Assembly (NCBI GenBank): GCA_964016885.1
Contig: CAXHJY010001225.1
Span: 1 to 64,000 of the forward strand
Source: Eledone cirrhosa
Taxonomy: Eukaryota
Reading direction: 5' to 3'
DNA: 64,000 nt
In this document: positions 26,831 to 40,962 of the stretch, piece by piece
Layout: each line of letters starts with the position of its first letter
Position numbering within the stretch: the first letter of the stretch is position 1
Translations under genes and position numbers: made by a program
The notes under the pieces: generated by a model
Database searches by the model: none
Seen by the model: only the letters and a program-made list of their open reading frames with translations
What the model was told of the DNA's origin: nothing

Positions 26831-28767
26831 TGAAGGCACATTAAATCCCAAAGCAGGAATTGTCCACGGCCTCCAATTTTGAATAGTTTTCACATCCTCT
26901 GCAAAAGGCCTTGCTCAAGTGAAATATATTATTGCTGTTTAAGAGATTATTGCTCTCTTGGCAGTCATCGATCTTAACACCCTCTCAAGTACTTAAATGA
27001 TATAAGTGTCAAGTGAGATCGGACAATACTAATTTTCCCTGTACTTCGTTAAAATAGGATGAGATACTAGGATAGATATTGTACAGATGTATAGCTTGCA
27101 TTTAGAGATATTCTCCATAGATTAGTTAAAGGAGCTGCACCTTGATGTTGATAACATTTCAGGACACTGGCCGCCGTGAATTTACCGGGCCGAAATAGCT
27201 AGTGCTGACTCAACATCACATTCCACATTTGATTTCGGCGTCTTGTAGAGAACCGTTTACTGAGGGTGTGTTTGAGCATGATAGATGACACGTAAACTGC
27301 ACATGTTTATTATGGAAGGAGTCCCGCGAATTTGGGTGGCTGTTGCAGCGTGTTCCCGGAAATGCCTTTTTCTCATTTTGTCTGCAGGGTGAGGCCAAAT
27401 CGACGCTCTGAACTAGGTGTAGAGTCCCCCCCCCCCTTTACCCCTTCCTTGGTCTATTAGTCCTTGCTCTTCCCCTCCTTTTCTTCGCATCTATGCCCTT
27501 TATAGTCCATTCCAATACTGCTTTATTTTTCTGTTTGTTTAACCAAATAAAAGTAAATTCTACGTTTATGGTACATATTTATTAAATATAAGTTTATAAA
27601 TTTAATAAAAACACATTACCAATAAAAATGGAAGTAATATGGAATAAACCAATGCTAGATTTAAAATTATCAGACTCTCTTGCTAAATAATGTGTATATA
27701 TATATTTATATATATTAAGATGTCTAGTGTACTGAAAGTTATACAAGAGATGACATATTATTAGATTACTTCAATAATACTGCTTAAATCAACCACGTCG
27801 TGATCAATGAGAACAGATGGGTATTGATTGATCGTTAGAATATATGGAATTATTGCTGAGAATACCAGTTAATCAATGAATGGAACTGCGTCTCTGTCAT
27901 TTTCGTTTTCGTTTTCGTGGATCCGGAAAGATATTTGCAGAACACGTTACAGTGAAGTATAGTTTCTTGAAAGATCCAGCCTTCCATTGTGGTTTTATTA
28001 TTTCGATAAAATTTAAACTGTATATAAGACGCTTTCCCCTATGTAATTTCCTACGTTTCAGAAAAAAAACACACAAAAAAACTTTAATTATTCCCACCCC
28101 CTTCCCCACCCATAACAAGTCCCAAATCTGTCTGTCTTACTACTTTTAACACAATCCATTTCCAAATATTTAAATCAATCGCGTACCTCAATATATCTAA
28201 CGTCTCTTTCATACTGGTACAAGTGATTTGAGAAATAATCTGGAACATGATAATTTGTACCCTGGTATTTAAAGTTCTAAAATAATCTGACACACGGAAG
28301 AGCCGAATTCCCACTGTCATCGCCTCCATATCTCTCGCCCTCCCCTCTCTGTATTATGAGCAGATGGGGTCCCACATGCTCACCGCCCCACAGCCGCGGC
28401 GGACAGAATGGAGAAGGCGTTTGTCGGAGGATGTTAAAGGTTTGCGCATCAAGAGCCATTCGCACATTTTGATTAACTCACCCAAAGGATTCTTTTCGTC
28501 TGCCTTACACTATATAAATTTCCCGTTCTATTAACTATTTTCTCATCTTCACTATTTTCGCTTGTTACCTAAATGATATTATGCGTGCGATAACTATTCA
28601 AACGACAATCACCACAATTTAATGAGTCGTACGATGAAACCATAGTAAATGTAATCCTTAGTCTTTACTGATTTATAGTTTTAGAAAATATAAATATAAC
28701 TCATCCTGCGGCATTGAGTTATTTGTACTCGCTGTTTGTCTGTGCTCTTGTATATTAACTTTATTAT

Positions 28768-28798
<31 letters not shown>

Positions 28799-28955
28799 CA
28801 TATATATAAATATTGATATACTTATAAGTATTTATGTAGTATGCATGTAAATATGTAGGTATATGTATATATATGTGCGTGTGTGTATGTATATATACAT
28901 ATATCTGTATATATGTGTGTGTGTAAACACACACACATATAGATATATGTATATG

Positions 28956-29020
<65 letters not shown>

Positions 29021-29952
29021 TCGTATACAATTACTTGATGTCCAACAATCCAACAATATATAAAAACATAAATATTAAAAAAGGTAGAAAATTGCTTTGT
29101 TGTATGTTTACATGTTTTCTATATATTCTTCTAAGTTTATATTTATAAAACAAATAGAGGAGTTCAATGGAATTCAATAACATCGCTATATATGTCGTTA
29201 AACATAAATATTCTCACACATAACTACATGCGTTGTATACACTTTTATATTACTACGTCTTCTAATTGAAGAATGTCATAAATGTCATAAATAGAATTGC
29301 GTAAGATGAATACCATATTTACGAGCGAAAAGAATTTAGTTTGTCAATAACTTTGGAGATTGAGCGTCTTACATTTGACCTTCGACATTTGACATTTGAC
29401 ATCAAAAAAATATCAACACAAAAACATACAATAAAGAAAAGTGTCAGCATATTTATGACTGGCGCATTTTTACTGACACATATTTCAATTGTTACACACA
29501 TTCACACACAGATATGCACACACACACATTCACACAAACGTCGCATTGACACATATACAGACAGACTAAGGGGACATTGTCAATGAATCATACAGCATAT
29601 GTAATATTATATATGTGTGTGTATATATATACATGTGTGTGTGTGCGTGTGTGTGTCTTTGGCGCGTGCGTGCCAACTTTAACCGATTTTAATTATTTGA
29701 CAATGGCTTTGCATGAGAAATGTCTTGAAGATATTTTCAGCCGATCGGATTGAGCCAAATTCGTATTTAGTTCAAAGACCAATCTATCTTTTATTGATTT
29801 CAGTTTGTCGAACCGCGAATTCTCACCTCCTTTCAATCCTTCTTTGGAAGAAATCAACTGTATTCAGGCCGCATATAACTTAAGAGGAAAGGGCTTATAG
29901 ACATGGACAGTCACACATATACACACACACAAGGGCTTACAGACATGGACAG

Positions 29953-30017
<65 letters not shown>

Positions 30018-30462
30018 CACACACACACATGTATTCACACCTATCTATATACTATATACACATATGCCTGAGTTTGTGTGAGGTCATTCTGAGGAGGCAA
30101 TATTTTCCACTGTTTCCGGAGCTTCAGTATGTGATGCACTAGAAACAGCAGCTTCTGTGACCTGTTCTTAGTTGCAGTCTCTGCTGCTCAACTTTTTTTT
30201 GTTTTGTATTTCTCGTTCGTCTGACTGGTGTCTTCGTCGAGGATGTCTTAGTTACTAAAGTGCCTTTGTGGTTTTCTTTCGTGTTCTCATGTGATTTTGA
30301 GTTTTGGGTACCCATATTGCTAATTTCCGAACAGAAGATAATATTTGTTTCGCATACAGAAGAGGAAAGAACACCAAAAGCCACTTTATATAGGTTGACG
30401 TTTAAAATACTTTTTTAGTGAATTTCATCTAAGTTATCAAGAATAGGGCAAAGGTGTTCAAA

Positions 30463-30519
<57 letters not shown>

Positions 30520-30548
30520 CTATATATATACATACATATATATATGGT

Positions 30549-30670
30549 GAAGGCGTGTGGCTGAGTGGTTGGAGAATTGGATTCGCAATCGTGAGGCTGT
30601 GAGCTCGGTTCCTGGACTGGGCGATGCGTTATGTCCTTGATCAAGACACTTTATTTCACTTTGCTCCTTC
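30549..30670 (+). mobile_element. Second tRNA-derived SINE family, 5' fragment
   Basis: ggcgtgtggctgagtggtt (A box)...ggttcctggac (B-box-like)...tgtccttgatcaagacactt. Confidence 0.6.
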
Positions 30671-30833
30671 TACTTGGAATTGCGACCGATAGATAGTAAT
30701 AGCAATTGGAAAGACCAAAGGAAACATTGTTTCCTCGGACCGCTTTAACGAAAGTCGATCGATCCTTTATATATAGTAGTACTAGCATGACAATTTATGA
30801 CAGATAAGCTAATGAAGAAATATAAAATAGACA

Positions 30834-31347
30834 TATTATGATCGTTTCTACGTTTGGCACTAGGCCAGCAATTTGAAAGTCGATTAAATTGAGACCGTTA
30901 CTACTGCTTTATTTTATCGACCATGTAAGGATGAAAGGTAAAGCTAACCTCAGCGGGATTTGAACTCAGAACGCAAAGAAGCGTAACTATACGTCCAATA
31001 CTCTACCGATACTAGCAGTCATACCATACATAATAATTGTTTCTAATTTTGGCACAAAGCCAGCAATTACACCAGTGTATTACTGGTACTTTATTTTATC
31101 TACCCCTCAAGGTTGAATAGCAAAGTTAACCTCTACTGATTCTGCCAATCCACCGCCATATCATATATAATAATTGTTTCGACATTTTGCACAAGGCCAG
31201 AAATTATATCAGTGTATTACTGGTACTTTATTTTAATGAATAGCAAAGTTAACCTCGGCGGCATTTGAACTCAGACCATAAAGGGCCGTAACTCTTTGCT
31301 ACAAAACATGGCGTCCGACCCTCTACCGATACTGCCAATCCACCGCC
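30834..31347 (-). mobile_element. Three tandem copies of the tRNA-derived SINE
   Basis: Three successive attgtttc...ggccagcaatt...ccaatccaccgcc units, some internally deleted. Confidence 0.78.
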
Positions 31348-31534
31348 ATGTCTCGCTATAAATCTCACAGGTAACTCAGTAGACATCTGAGATTGAAATT
31401 ATATAATGTTTGTATTTAAAAGTCTTGCTGGGCATGCTTATTTACATATAGTGCTTATTCCACTTGACTCGGATTTTACAGATCTATCTATCTATCTATC
31501 TATATATCTATCACTTTCATAGCGTCCGTCATCT

Positions 31535-31918
31535 ACTACAATTGATTCCATTCTTTAAGTATCACTTTAGAAGGAGAATCAGGGTGGAGAGAGAGGCACT
31601 GCACCCCAGTAAATTTACTGAAAGGTGGGTGAATGAAGCGAAAACGGCCCGAGTGATTGGGCCTTCTCTGTTTATAAGCCTGTAGGTTGAGGAAGAGAGC
31701 AAAAGGAAGAAAGGAGCACTTGCACAACACGCTCCTTGAGTTGAGGGTTGTTCTATCGACGGGGTATTAAACAACCCATTTGTGGCGCCTCCCCCCTATT
31801 GGGGATTTCGATTGTTGAAATTGTTTGTTTTTATATTTTTTACACGACTGTATGTAAAATCCCCGGCATGTCTTTGTATTGTCCCCTTTCTTGTTGCGCC
31901 CTTGTGGCTAATAAAGAA
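31535..31918 (+). mobile_element. Tx1-type L1 3' fragment
   Basis: Near-identical to 36948-37308. (TCTA)n upstream (~31482-31500) and downstream (31919-31982). Confidence 0.85.
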
Positions 31919-31982
<64 letters not shown>

Positions 31983-32189
31983 GCCTGACCCGTGGAACAT
32001 CGCCGGTAAGATTTTTTGTAAATTTATATACGAAAAACAGAACAAATTGTTTGAAAAAACATATCATTTTGTATATTAATCCCCAAGGTGAATTGTCAGC
32101 TGGGTGGTAATCCCATTTTTCGCCCCTTTAGGGGCGAAAATTTGATTTTAAAATTGTTTTAAAAAATCAAATTTTGCCAACAATAAAAC

Positions 32190-33800
32190 ATGAATAACTT
32201 GAAAAGAACGCTAGAGAACGTCGACAGAGAGAAGAGAGGTAAAGAGGCAGGTATTAACGTTATATCTGCTTCTGCTACTATGGACGTCGCCATAGATACG
32301 ACTGTTAACAAAGAGAACAAAATATTACCACTTGAAGATTTTAAAATTTCTACCGTCGAAGCGGAGAAAAATAACACACAGCATACATGAATTAAACCTA
32401 TTAATATACATACACATGAAAAAGACAACAACTCTATAGATACATCTACACATAAAGTTTCACCTCGTCAAGGAACTGAGATTTCCAACACCGAGGCTAA
32501 CAACGATAACAACAACAACAACAACTGCAACACCACACAAAAAAAAAAAGTCTTTCGCTGAAACAGTGAACAAAAAACACGATTTTATAAATCTTAACAT
32601 CACCAATGCAAGAGATGTGCTCCAGCAAGGGAAAAAATGTGTAACTTTCGAAGACAAGGGTGGGTTTAGAATTAACTCACCCCTCGAAATAAAAGAAGAG
32701 ACAGTTCGGAGGACCGTGCCCTTCAACGAGAAAGCCGATATTTGTTAGTCAAGAAGCTACATTGAAGGAAATTCTAGCAAATATTGACTTTCTGCAATGA
32801 GGAAAACAGTACGGAAGTGTTTCCGTATTGTTTAAAAGCGAGGCACTCGCCCAAAAACATTCTGTGACACCAATAGTGTCAAAAGCATTCACCTTTTTCC
32901 CTACGTACATGGGAAAAAGGACACAAAAAATAAGAATAAAAAATATACCACCAAACATTAACATCTGGTGGATCTTGGCTGGCTTCGTAGCGCCAGAGAC
33001 TGATATGATTATTTCGATACGAAAAGCTATTAGACAAAGGTGGGCGGGTACTGATTTGCAGATTCTGATGCAAATGAGGCCGGAGAGAATCTCCAAAATA
33101 ACCGAAAAAGTCGTCATCGACGACAACAACAAAATAAACATTTCGGTAGAAGGGTGTAAAATTCATTGCTTTCGCTGTGGTAGCACAGCACACCTAAAAG
33201 CGTTCTGTCCTTCACAAACACACCACAACAACATCATTAAAAAAACACTATTACCAACACCAAAACAACCACCACCACAAGTACAACAACAGAAGAAACG
33301 AGCAAACACATCAAAACAAACAGCCACTCAACCAACAACAACAGAAAAAAACGCTACCACAAACACACACACGGAAACACCACCACCACACAAAACACCC
33401 CTACCCCACACTCCTGACGATGATTATTCATCGGCAGATGAGGCTGCTTCTCCTTCTTTATGTGGAGAAGAGGGAAAGCCTCGGCAATCTAAAAAACAAT
33501 AAAAGAGACACCACAAAACTCCAATCACTAACACCAGCACACAACCACAGACACAAACAACAACACAAACAACACCACAGTCAAACATACCCCTACCAAC
33601 AAAACCAACACCAACACCACCCCAAACACAAGCATCCACCATAAAAAGAAAACTCCCGGACGAACAACAAACTAAAACAACACAACAAAAACACAAACAA
33701 CAATACGCAAACATTAACACAAACAACAAGAGTCTGATGGAAGTCATCTCCCAAAACCCCAAGGTGGAGACGTCAAAGCAGAATCGTCTTCACACCTTAA
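32190..33800 (+). pseudogene. Tx1 ORF1 (gag-like CCHC), disrupted
   Basis: Fragmented ORFs 32190-32390, 32566-32748 and 32828-33502, the last with a zinc knuckle and a Pro/Thr-rich tail. Confidence 0.72.
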
Positions 33801-34010
33801 ACTTATAAGGGTTTCTATGGAAACCTATAGTGACCTAAAAAATAAATTTTCACAGGACGTGGGCAACCCCTACCAGAAACCCATCAACCGCGCCCTGTTA
33901 AAATGTTTCCCCACCCCACCCAACACCCCATCCAGCACCCAAATGGAGATTGAACAGCTCGATCTCCAGGAAACCTTTTCGTCCTTTTTCTCCAAATCTT
34001 CTTCACCAAC

Positions 34011-37000
34011 ATGGCTAGTTTACGAGTTGGAAGCGTGAATGTGTGTGGCCTAGGGATGCCCTGGAAACAGGGCCAACGTTTAAACGACCTGAGGTCACAC
34101 GGTATGGATGTGATAGCCATTACCGAGTCCAGGATCCACAACAGGCAGCAAATAACCCCCATCTTCGACGAATTTGGGGCCTACGCAACTCTCTGTCAGC
34201 CAGGAGGTGGAGGGGGTGGGGTGGCTGTCATGTTTCGGAAGAACCTGGGCGTCGAAGTACAGTAAGTACACTTGGACCCGGAGGGTAGACTGGTAGTCCT
34301 AGACGTGAACAGTATTGGAGGTGGAGCCTTCAGACTGGTGGCCGTATATGCCCCGACCGGGCAATCGCAATCACGGCCAGACTTCTTTAAGCGTCTAGAG
34401 TCTTTTATGGGAACGTCTCGCACTTTTAGTGGGGGACTGGAATGGTATTCTAGATGCACGATGGGACTATGTGGGAGCATGTCCCAGTAGAGGGGGGTGC
34501 AACAGCTTCCAAATTTTAATCGGCCAATTCCAACTGGCCGATAGGTATCGACTGGATTTCCCGACTGCACCACAGTGGACGTGGGCAAACGCAGCGGGAC
34601 ATCTAGATCGTATTTAGATAGGTTCTTCATTAGAGAAAGGGACAAGGAGATGTTAAGTTGTCCACGAATAGAAAGAAGAACAAGTAGCCAAGGTAGAGGA
34701 GGCACTTAGAAGTGGCAACGCGGCTAGAGTGTTAGCGTCGAGAACGGTACTGGACCAGTTCTTCGATGCGAAACACGGAGGCAGCGTGGTCAGAAGCAAA
34801 ACACGTGCTCTAGGAAACGAAGGAACGAAAGCTGTCAGCTGGGCCCGAGTGGCGGAGGCAAAAAGTGGCAACAAGTCGACGATTCGGTCTTTGAAAGTCC
34901 AAAACGGACGCGTGCTACTTGACCCCAAGCAAATGTGCGCGGCCTTTCAGCAGCACTTTGCGCGACTGATTGAGCAGAACGACGGTGAGCCGAACGGGGC
35001 AATGGACTTTAGTTCATACCTCGACGGCCGCGTCTCTCGAACACGGACGTCGAGTTCTGCAAAAGACCGATCACGGACACTGAGATACGGGACGCTCTGG
35101 GCCGCTGCGGGAAACTCAAGTCACCCGGTCTAGATGGTCTACCCTATGAGTTTTACATAGGCATGTCGGACTTGTTCTCTGGCGTCCTCGAAGCCGACTA
35201 CTGCAATTGGCAGCAGAACGGGAAAATTCCTAGTTCTGCAGGCAAGGGCGTAGTAACGCTGATCAGGAAAGACGAGAACAAAGGGTACTAAATTAACAAC
35301 TTCAGACCCATAACACTGCTCAACACAGAGTTAAAGATTTTGGCCAAGGTGCTAGCGGCGAGGTTGGCGCTTGTCGTCGAGAACCTGGTAGGGAAAGCGC
35401 AAATGTGTGCAATCCCGACCAGGTCCATACGCGACAACCTCTACCTCATGCGATACATCATAGAGAGAGTGTGTAGTAAACCCGGCTTCGGTGGGGCTCT
35501 GAGCAATTTGGATAAGTCTAAGGCATTCGATAGAGTCGACCATCGATACTTGGAAGCGGTTCTCAAGGCGGCCAGTTTCGGTCCCGTTTTCAGAGGCTGG
35601 ATCGAGGCGATGCACACCAGCATCTGCTCGAGGGTCAAGGTGAATGGCTACCTATCGGAGCCGTTCGCAATCAAGCGTTCCATTCGACAGGGGTGCCCTC
35701 TCTCCTCCATTCTGTATGCATTGATTCTAGAGCCACTACTGCGGAAATTGGAGCTGTTGCAGGGCATCCCTCTCGAAACGGAACTGCGCAAAGCGGCGTC
35801 GGCTTTAGCCGACGACGGGACGGTAATGGTGTCGAGCACCTCGGAAATCGGGGTGATCGGCAACTTACTGAAAGAATACGAAACACTGACGGGAGCAAAA
35901 CTAAACCCGGACAAGTCTGTCGGTTTGCAACTCGGTACGTGGAGAGGCAAACCGATGACGTCCGACAGCGTCGTTGGACACTGGACGGACGGACCGGTGA
36001 AATTGCTCCGGGTCTGGTTCGGTGCAGACCTCCAGGTGGAGAAAAACTGGAACGAGGTCACGGCCAAGGTGTTTGCGCTCTCCCAGAAGTGGGCAGAGTG
36101 CAAACTGTCCTTGAAAGGTCGAGCGGAGGTGGCGAAGACTTTCATAGTGTCCGTCATCTACTACAGCTTTACTGTCGTGCCTTGTCCCCGTGAACACCTC
36201 GCCAAGATGGAACACATGCTCTTCCAGTTTCTATGGAAGAAGCAGGCTCCGCTGGTGAGGAGATCCGTCTGCTGTCAGCACCCTTCTAACTGAGGGCTGG
36301 GAATGCCGTGACTGATCATGCACAAACATGCGTTGAGGCTGCGGCATCTCCAGGTATTCTTCACCGAACCCAAACCGATGTGGGCACCGTTTGTGAGACA
36401 AGCTTTACCACAGCTCGTCTCGCTGACGGAGCTGCAGTCCTGGACAATGAAAAGACCGAAAACGATGGGCGCCTGGCACATTGAATGCGCTCAGGCGCTC
36501 ACAGTCCTCTGGCAAGCGGGCGCAGTAATCAGTGGAGACTCCACTTCGACATTCTATAGAGGGATTTACGTTACAAGGGCGACGAACGACGGGCTCAGAG
36601 ATACTCTGGGCGTCGAAGACGAAGAGCTCACCAGTCTGTTTGGTAGGACTTTCCGCCCGGGACCTATGGACAACTTCCAGAGGTCCCGGGCCTGGCAGTG
36701 CTACAGAGCTCTACCGGTTCGTGACAAGATCTACAGGCACGGACGCCCCGGCAGGGATCCTTCCGAGAGGATGTGTCCAAGATGCGCGCAGGACATTGAA
36801 ACAGTCCTGTACGCAATTGTACACTGCCCGGGCGTAACCGACCTGTGGAACTACGCAGAACAACTGTCACGTATGGGACAAATCCAGTTGACTGCCGAGT
36901 CCATAGTTTGGATCAAACCGCCTTTCTCTCCGCCTTTCTCTCCGGACAACAATTGATTCCCTTCTTTAAGTATCACTTTAGAAGGATAATCAGAGTGGAG

Positions 37001-37095
37001 AGAGAGGCACTGCACCCCAGTAAATTTACTAAAGGTGGGTGAATGAAGCGAAAATGGCCCGAGTGATTGGGCCTTCTCTGTTTATAAGCCTGTAG
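34011..37095 (+). pseudogene. Tx1 ORF2 (APE-RT), disrupted
   Basis: APE and RT motifs are spread over several frames. Confidence 0.85.
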
Positions 37096-37528
37096 GTCAA
37101 AGAAGAGAGCAAAAGGAAGAAGGGAGCACTTGCACAACACGCTCCTGAAGTTCAGGTATTAAACAACCCATTTGTGACGTTTCCCCCATAATGGGATTTC
37201 GATTGTTGTAATTGTTTGTTTTATATTTTTTTACACGACTGTATGTAAAATCCCCGGCTTGTCTTTGTATTTTCCATTTTTCTTGTGCGCCCTTGTGGCA
37301 AATAAGAAATCTATCTATCTATCTATCTCTAATAAAGAAACATATCTATATATATGTATATTATAAAATAACAGGAGGCTGGACTGGTGTAATTCCTTAA
37401 AAGGTTTATTATACTATGATCATTTCAGTGCCCGGGTCGGGTTCAGTATGAATCTGGTGACATCATTAGGTATTCGAAATATGACAAAGGAATATAATAG
37501 ACAAAATCCATGGGGCTGAAAATCAGAG

Positions 37529-37567
<39 letters not shown>

Positions 37568-37736
37568 CATATAAATTAGAATTTGACAAAGGGCAATAAC
37601 CCAGAAAAAACGTTGTCTATTTCCCTATTCCACTGCTTAAACAAACGAATGATGGCAGTCATCTAAGAAAACAGCGTAATGAAACTGTTTGCTTGCAAAA
37701 GAATCGAATATTGATACCATTATTCGATACAAAACT

Positions 37737-37786
<50 letters not shown>

Positions 37787-37867
37787 GACATATACATAAA
37801 TATATATATATATATATACCCCCCAAAAAAAAGAGAATCAGTGTTGCGACGAATGGAATTTATTGGA

Positions 37868-37958
37868 CATATTACAATCGTTTCTCTGGCGACCAGCTCG
37901 AGGCACGATAGATGTGATGATCGAACCTGACTCTGAAAATCGCAACGTCCTCAGTTAC
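37868..37958 (-). ncRNA. Decayed family E hammerhead-like motif
   Basis: CTGAGGA ...gattttcagagtcagg...ctcgagctgg... GAAA cgattg TA. Stem I is poorly paired. Confidence 0.35.
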
Positions 37959-38348
37959 TTCTTGATTCTACGAAGCAGATTTTCCAGAGCATCGAGTGCT
38001 CAAACGGCCTACCGTATACGAACGCTTTAAGCATCCAACACCAATTATATATATATATATGCAGGAACATATGCAAGCACATGTACGCATCCTTCATTTC
38101 TTTCTCTCACGCATACACTCGCGCACATATTAACACGTGGTCTACCTCCTATAACTCTGACTTTAACGTCATTTTCACCCAATTATCAGTTATTTCTACC
38201 GTTCCCAGTCACAAAACCTACCATCGAATTCATTATTGTTGACATCACAACTGCTGGCATTCCTCAAATACTTTCATGTCAGTATTTATGACTGTGCTTA
38301 TGTGTGTGTGTGTGTTTGTGTTTCTACGTATATGTGTTTATCTTCGGG

Positions 38349-38405
<57 letters not shown>

Positions 38406-38518
38406 TCTTTCGCTTTCTTACTAAATGTGTGTGAATATATTGTTGTGTATGTGGCCATTGAATATATGCACATGTTTGTACTTGTGTATTCGTGTATGTG
38501 TGTGTGTGTGTGTGTTTG

Positions 38519-38932
38519 TACGAGGGTCGGCTGAAATATTCATAAGCTGAAAAGTCATAGGTTGTCCAAGATTCTCTCATGGAATGACTAAATGAGGTTT
38601 ATTTACCCGGGAAAGAAACTATGCAGTTAATAATAATTGTTTCTACTTTTGGCACAAGGCCAGCAATTAAACAGTGTATTACTGGTACTTTATTTTATCG
38701 ACCCCGTAAGGATGAAAGGCAAAGTTAACCTCGGTTAGATTTGAACTCAGAATGGCAAAGGCCGTAACTCTATACATCAAAGCATGGCGTCCGACCCTCT
38801 ACCGATACTGCCAATACACCGCCCTGTATGTAGTTAATAATAATATGAGTTGAAATTAATGCATGCAATATCTCACAACTCTATCATCACTCCTTCGCGG
38901 TTAGCTGATGAACTTTTCAGCCTACCCTCGTA
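38519..38932. mobile_element. Tc1/mariner MITE carrying a SINE (38626-38823, minus)
   Basis: TIRs TAcgagggtcggctgaaatattcat / atgaacttttcagcctaccctcgTA with TA ends. Confidence 0.78.
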
Positions 38933-39835
38933 TTTTATCTGCCGCTGTCTATTACTGCATATGCATAATATCCAACAAAGAAATCTCTACTAGTCGTTTG
39001 GCCTGTTAGACATAACTGGCAAATTCCTTCCAATAACACACCACCGTCGTCATAGTGGAAAGGATCTATGTTAAATGGACTATTGAATTGGATCGTCTAT
39101 GAAATACAGTTTCATAAATAAGATCTGAAATGGGGCTAAACACATTGTGACTGTGCGCATATTTGTGTGTCTTTTTCTATTCCTTCACATGTGCGTAGAT
39201 ATCAATGTATGAATATATAGATATAATTGTTTGTTTATGTATCCATACATAGATTTTTGTATATGTGTATGTGAATATTAAAGATCCATAAAGATCATAT
39301 TAAAGACCCTACTACTAGGGTCGATTCTTCCTCTACATAGTATTCTCACTTCCATTCTCTCTTTCTAACCTGGGGAGGAGTTGGGCTAGGAAAGCCGTAT
39401 TTTAATATGGCGCCCCGAAAATAGATGTATGTGTATATGTATGTATACAAAGTGTCCTATAAGCAATAGTGTATTATACTTTTATTTCTATTAATGTAAA
39501 CGCGACAGAGTAAAGTTACATTAACTCTACTCCTGTATTTTCATGTCTCCTCAATTTTCTAGTTATGTTTTTTTTTATATAATGAATTATGTGTGATTGT
39601 TGTTTGTTTCATTTCTTTTTTGTTTTTTTTGTTATCACATTTTCAACATTTAAATTTTTTGTTTTGTTTTTGGTGTTGCTATTATTAGCAGTGAAATATT
39701 GTTTGTATTTAGTTTCTATTGTTTCTATTTAGTTTGTAATGCAGTCCGATGATGATATACTATCAATCTGAGAACTTACTATCTACGTCTACCATACATG
39801 ATTCAATCTCTCTTAATTATTTATGAGGGTAATAG

Positions 39836-40056
39836 GGTAGTGGATTGGCAGTTTAGTAGAGGGTCGAACGCCATGCTTTGCAGCATAGACTTACGGTCTT
39901 TTATTATCTAAGTTAAAATCCCGTCGAGGTTAACTTTGCCTTTCATCCTTACCATGTCGATAAATAAAGTACGAGTCACGCACTGGGGTCGATTTAATCG
40001 ACTTTCCCCTCCCCCAAAATTACTTGCCTTGTGCCTATATAAGAAACCATTATTTA
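39836..40056 (+). mobile_element. tRNA-derived SINE, full-length type
   Basis: Core motif plus cactggggtcgatttaatcgact. Decayed minus copies at ~40465-40690. Confidence 0.75.
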
Positions 40057-40962
40057 TGAGTGTAATGAATGGTTTGAAGAAGAAACGGAAGTTATTTCTA
40101 GTCGTCGGAAAGTCTGGCACTTATATATATTGAGAGATATTATCATTCCTAATTGATCAGACCTATCATAAAAGGCATTTCAAATATAACTTTCCCGGCC
40201 TTTGTCCACACATTTTGTACTCTTGACCACATTAATTGTCACTGTTTCTTTGCTGGTAGAGTGTGTTTACAGGTAGATTCGGCTACTATCTCCGTTGTCG
40301 ACTCCTCAGCCACACTCATGGTATATTCTCCACTCTACTAATTTTGATACCAAAATGCCTTCGACAGGAGCGGCATGCTACGGTGTGTCATCTGTTTAGA
40401 TTAGTTCATCCTAACTTCATTAACGATTCATCAGGAGAACTGAATTTGTTACCTGTTTCATAATATCTTTTTCTGATACTGACGCAAGGTCAGCAATTTG
40501 GGGGAAGGGGAAAGTGGATTATATCGATCTCGGTACGAGAAAAGGTAAGCTGAGCGCAGCGCTGTGCTCGACGCCCTACCGATATTGCTATACCACCGTA
40601 CTCGCTATTCCGTAATAAGAAATTCTAATAAAGCACAAGGCCAAATATCTTTGTGAGAGTGGCAAAAGTCGATTAAATCGACCCCAGTACTTAAAACGTG
40701 CTTTATGTGGTGTATGGGCTATTAGGGTTACGTCATCTGCAAATTTAAGGTGACATATGAGTTAACCACCTCTGTTGATAGCCTTCTTCTCTCAGTTGTC
40801 TTTGTTGATGACTTGCGCTTCTTTCTAACATGATTTTGTTACTAGGCAAACACGGAAAAAGATAATTTTATATATGTGCGGTTGTGTTTTTGCGAAAAGG
40901 TGCAGGTGTACCTGAATGCGGATGTGTATGAGTGATAAGCGTATATATAGTATTTATATATA

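Larger units (their letters stand above)
31983..37308 (+). mobile_element. Near full-length decayed Tx1-type L1 retrotransposon (5' boundary approximate)
   Basis: ORF1 remnant with CFRCGSTAHLKAFC knuckle. ORF2 from 34011 with APE motifs (SVNVCGL, IAITES, GDWN), RT motifs (DKSKAFDRVDH, RQGCPLS, ADD) and C-terminal CPRC..HC. Several frameshifts and stops. Followed by (TCTA)n. Confidence 0.88.

Noticed and set aside
30834-31347. Tandem repeats as a CRISPR array or tRNA gene cluster
   Set aside because: Eukaryotic SINE copies. No constant repeat/spacer pattern, no cas genes and no full cloverleaf.
39741-39790. CCGATGA-tgata..tatca..GAGAAC as a hammerhead
   Set aside because: The GAAA box and stems I and III could not be closed.
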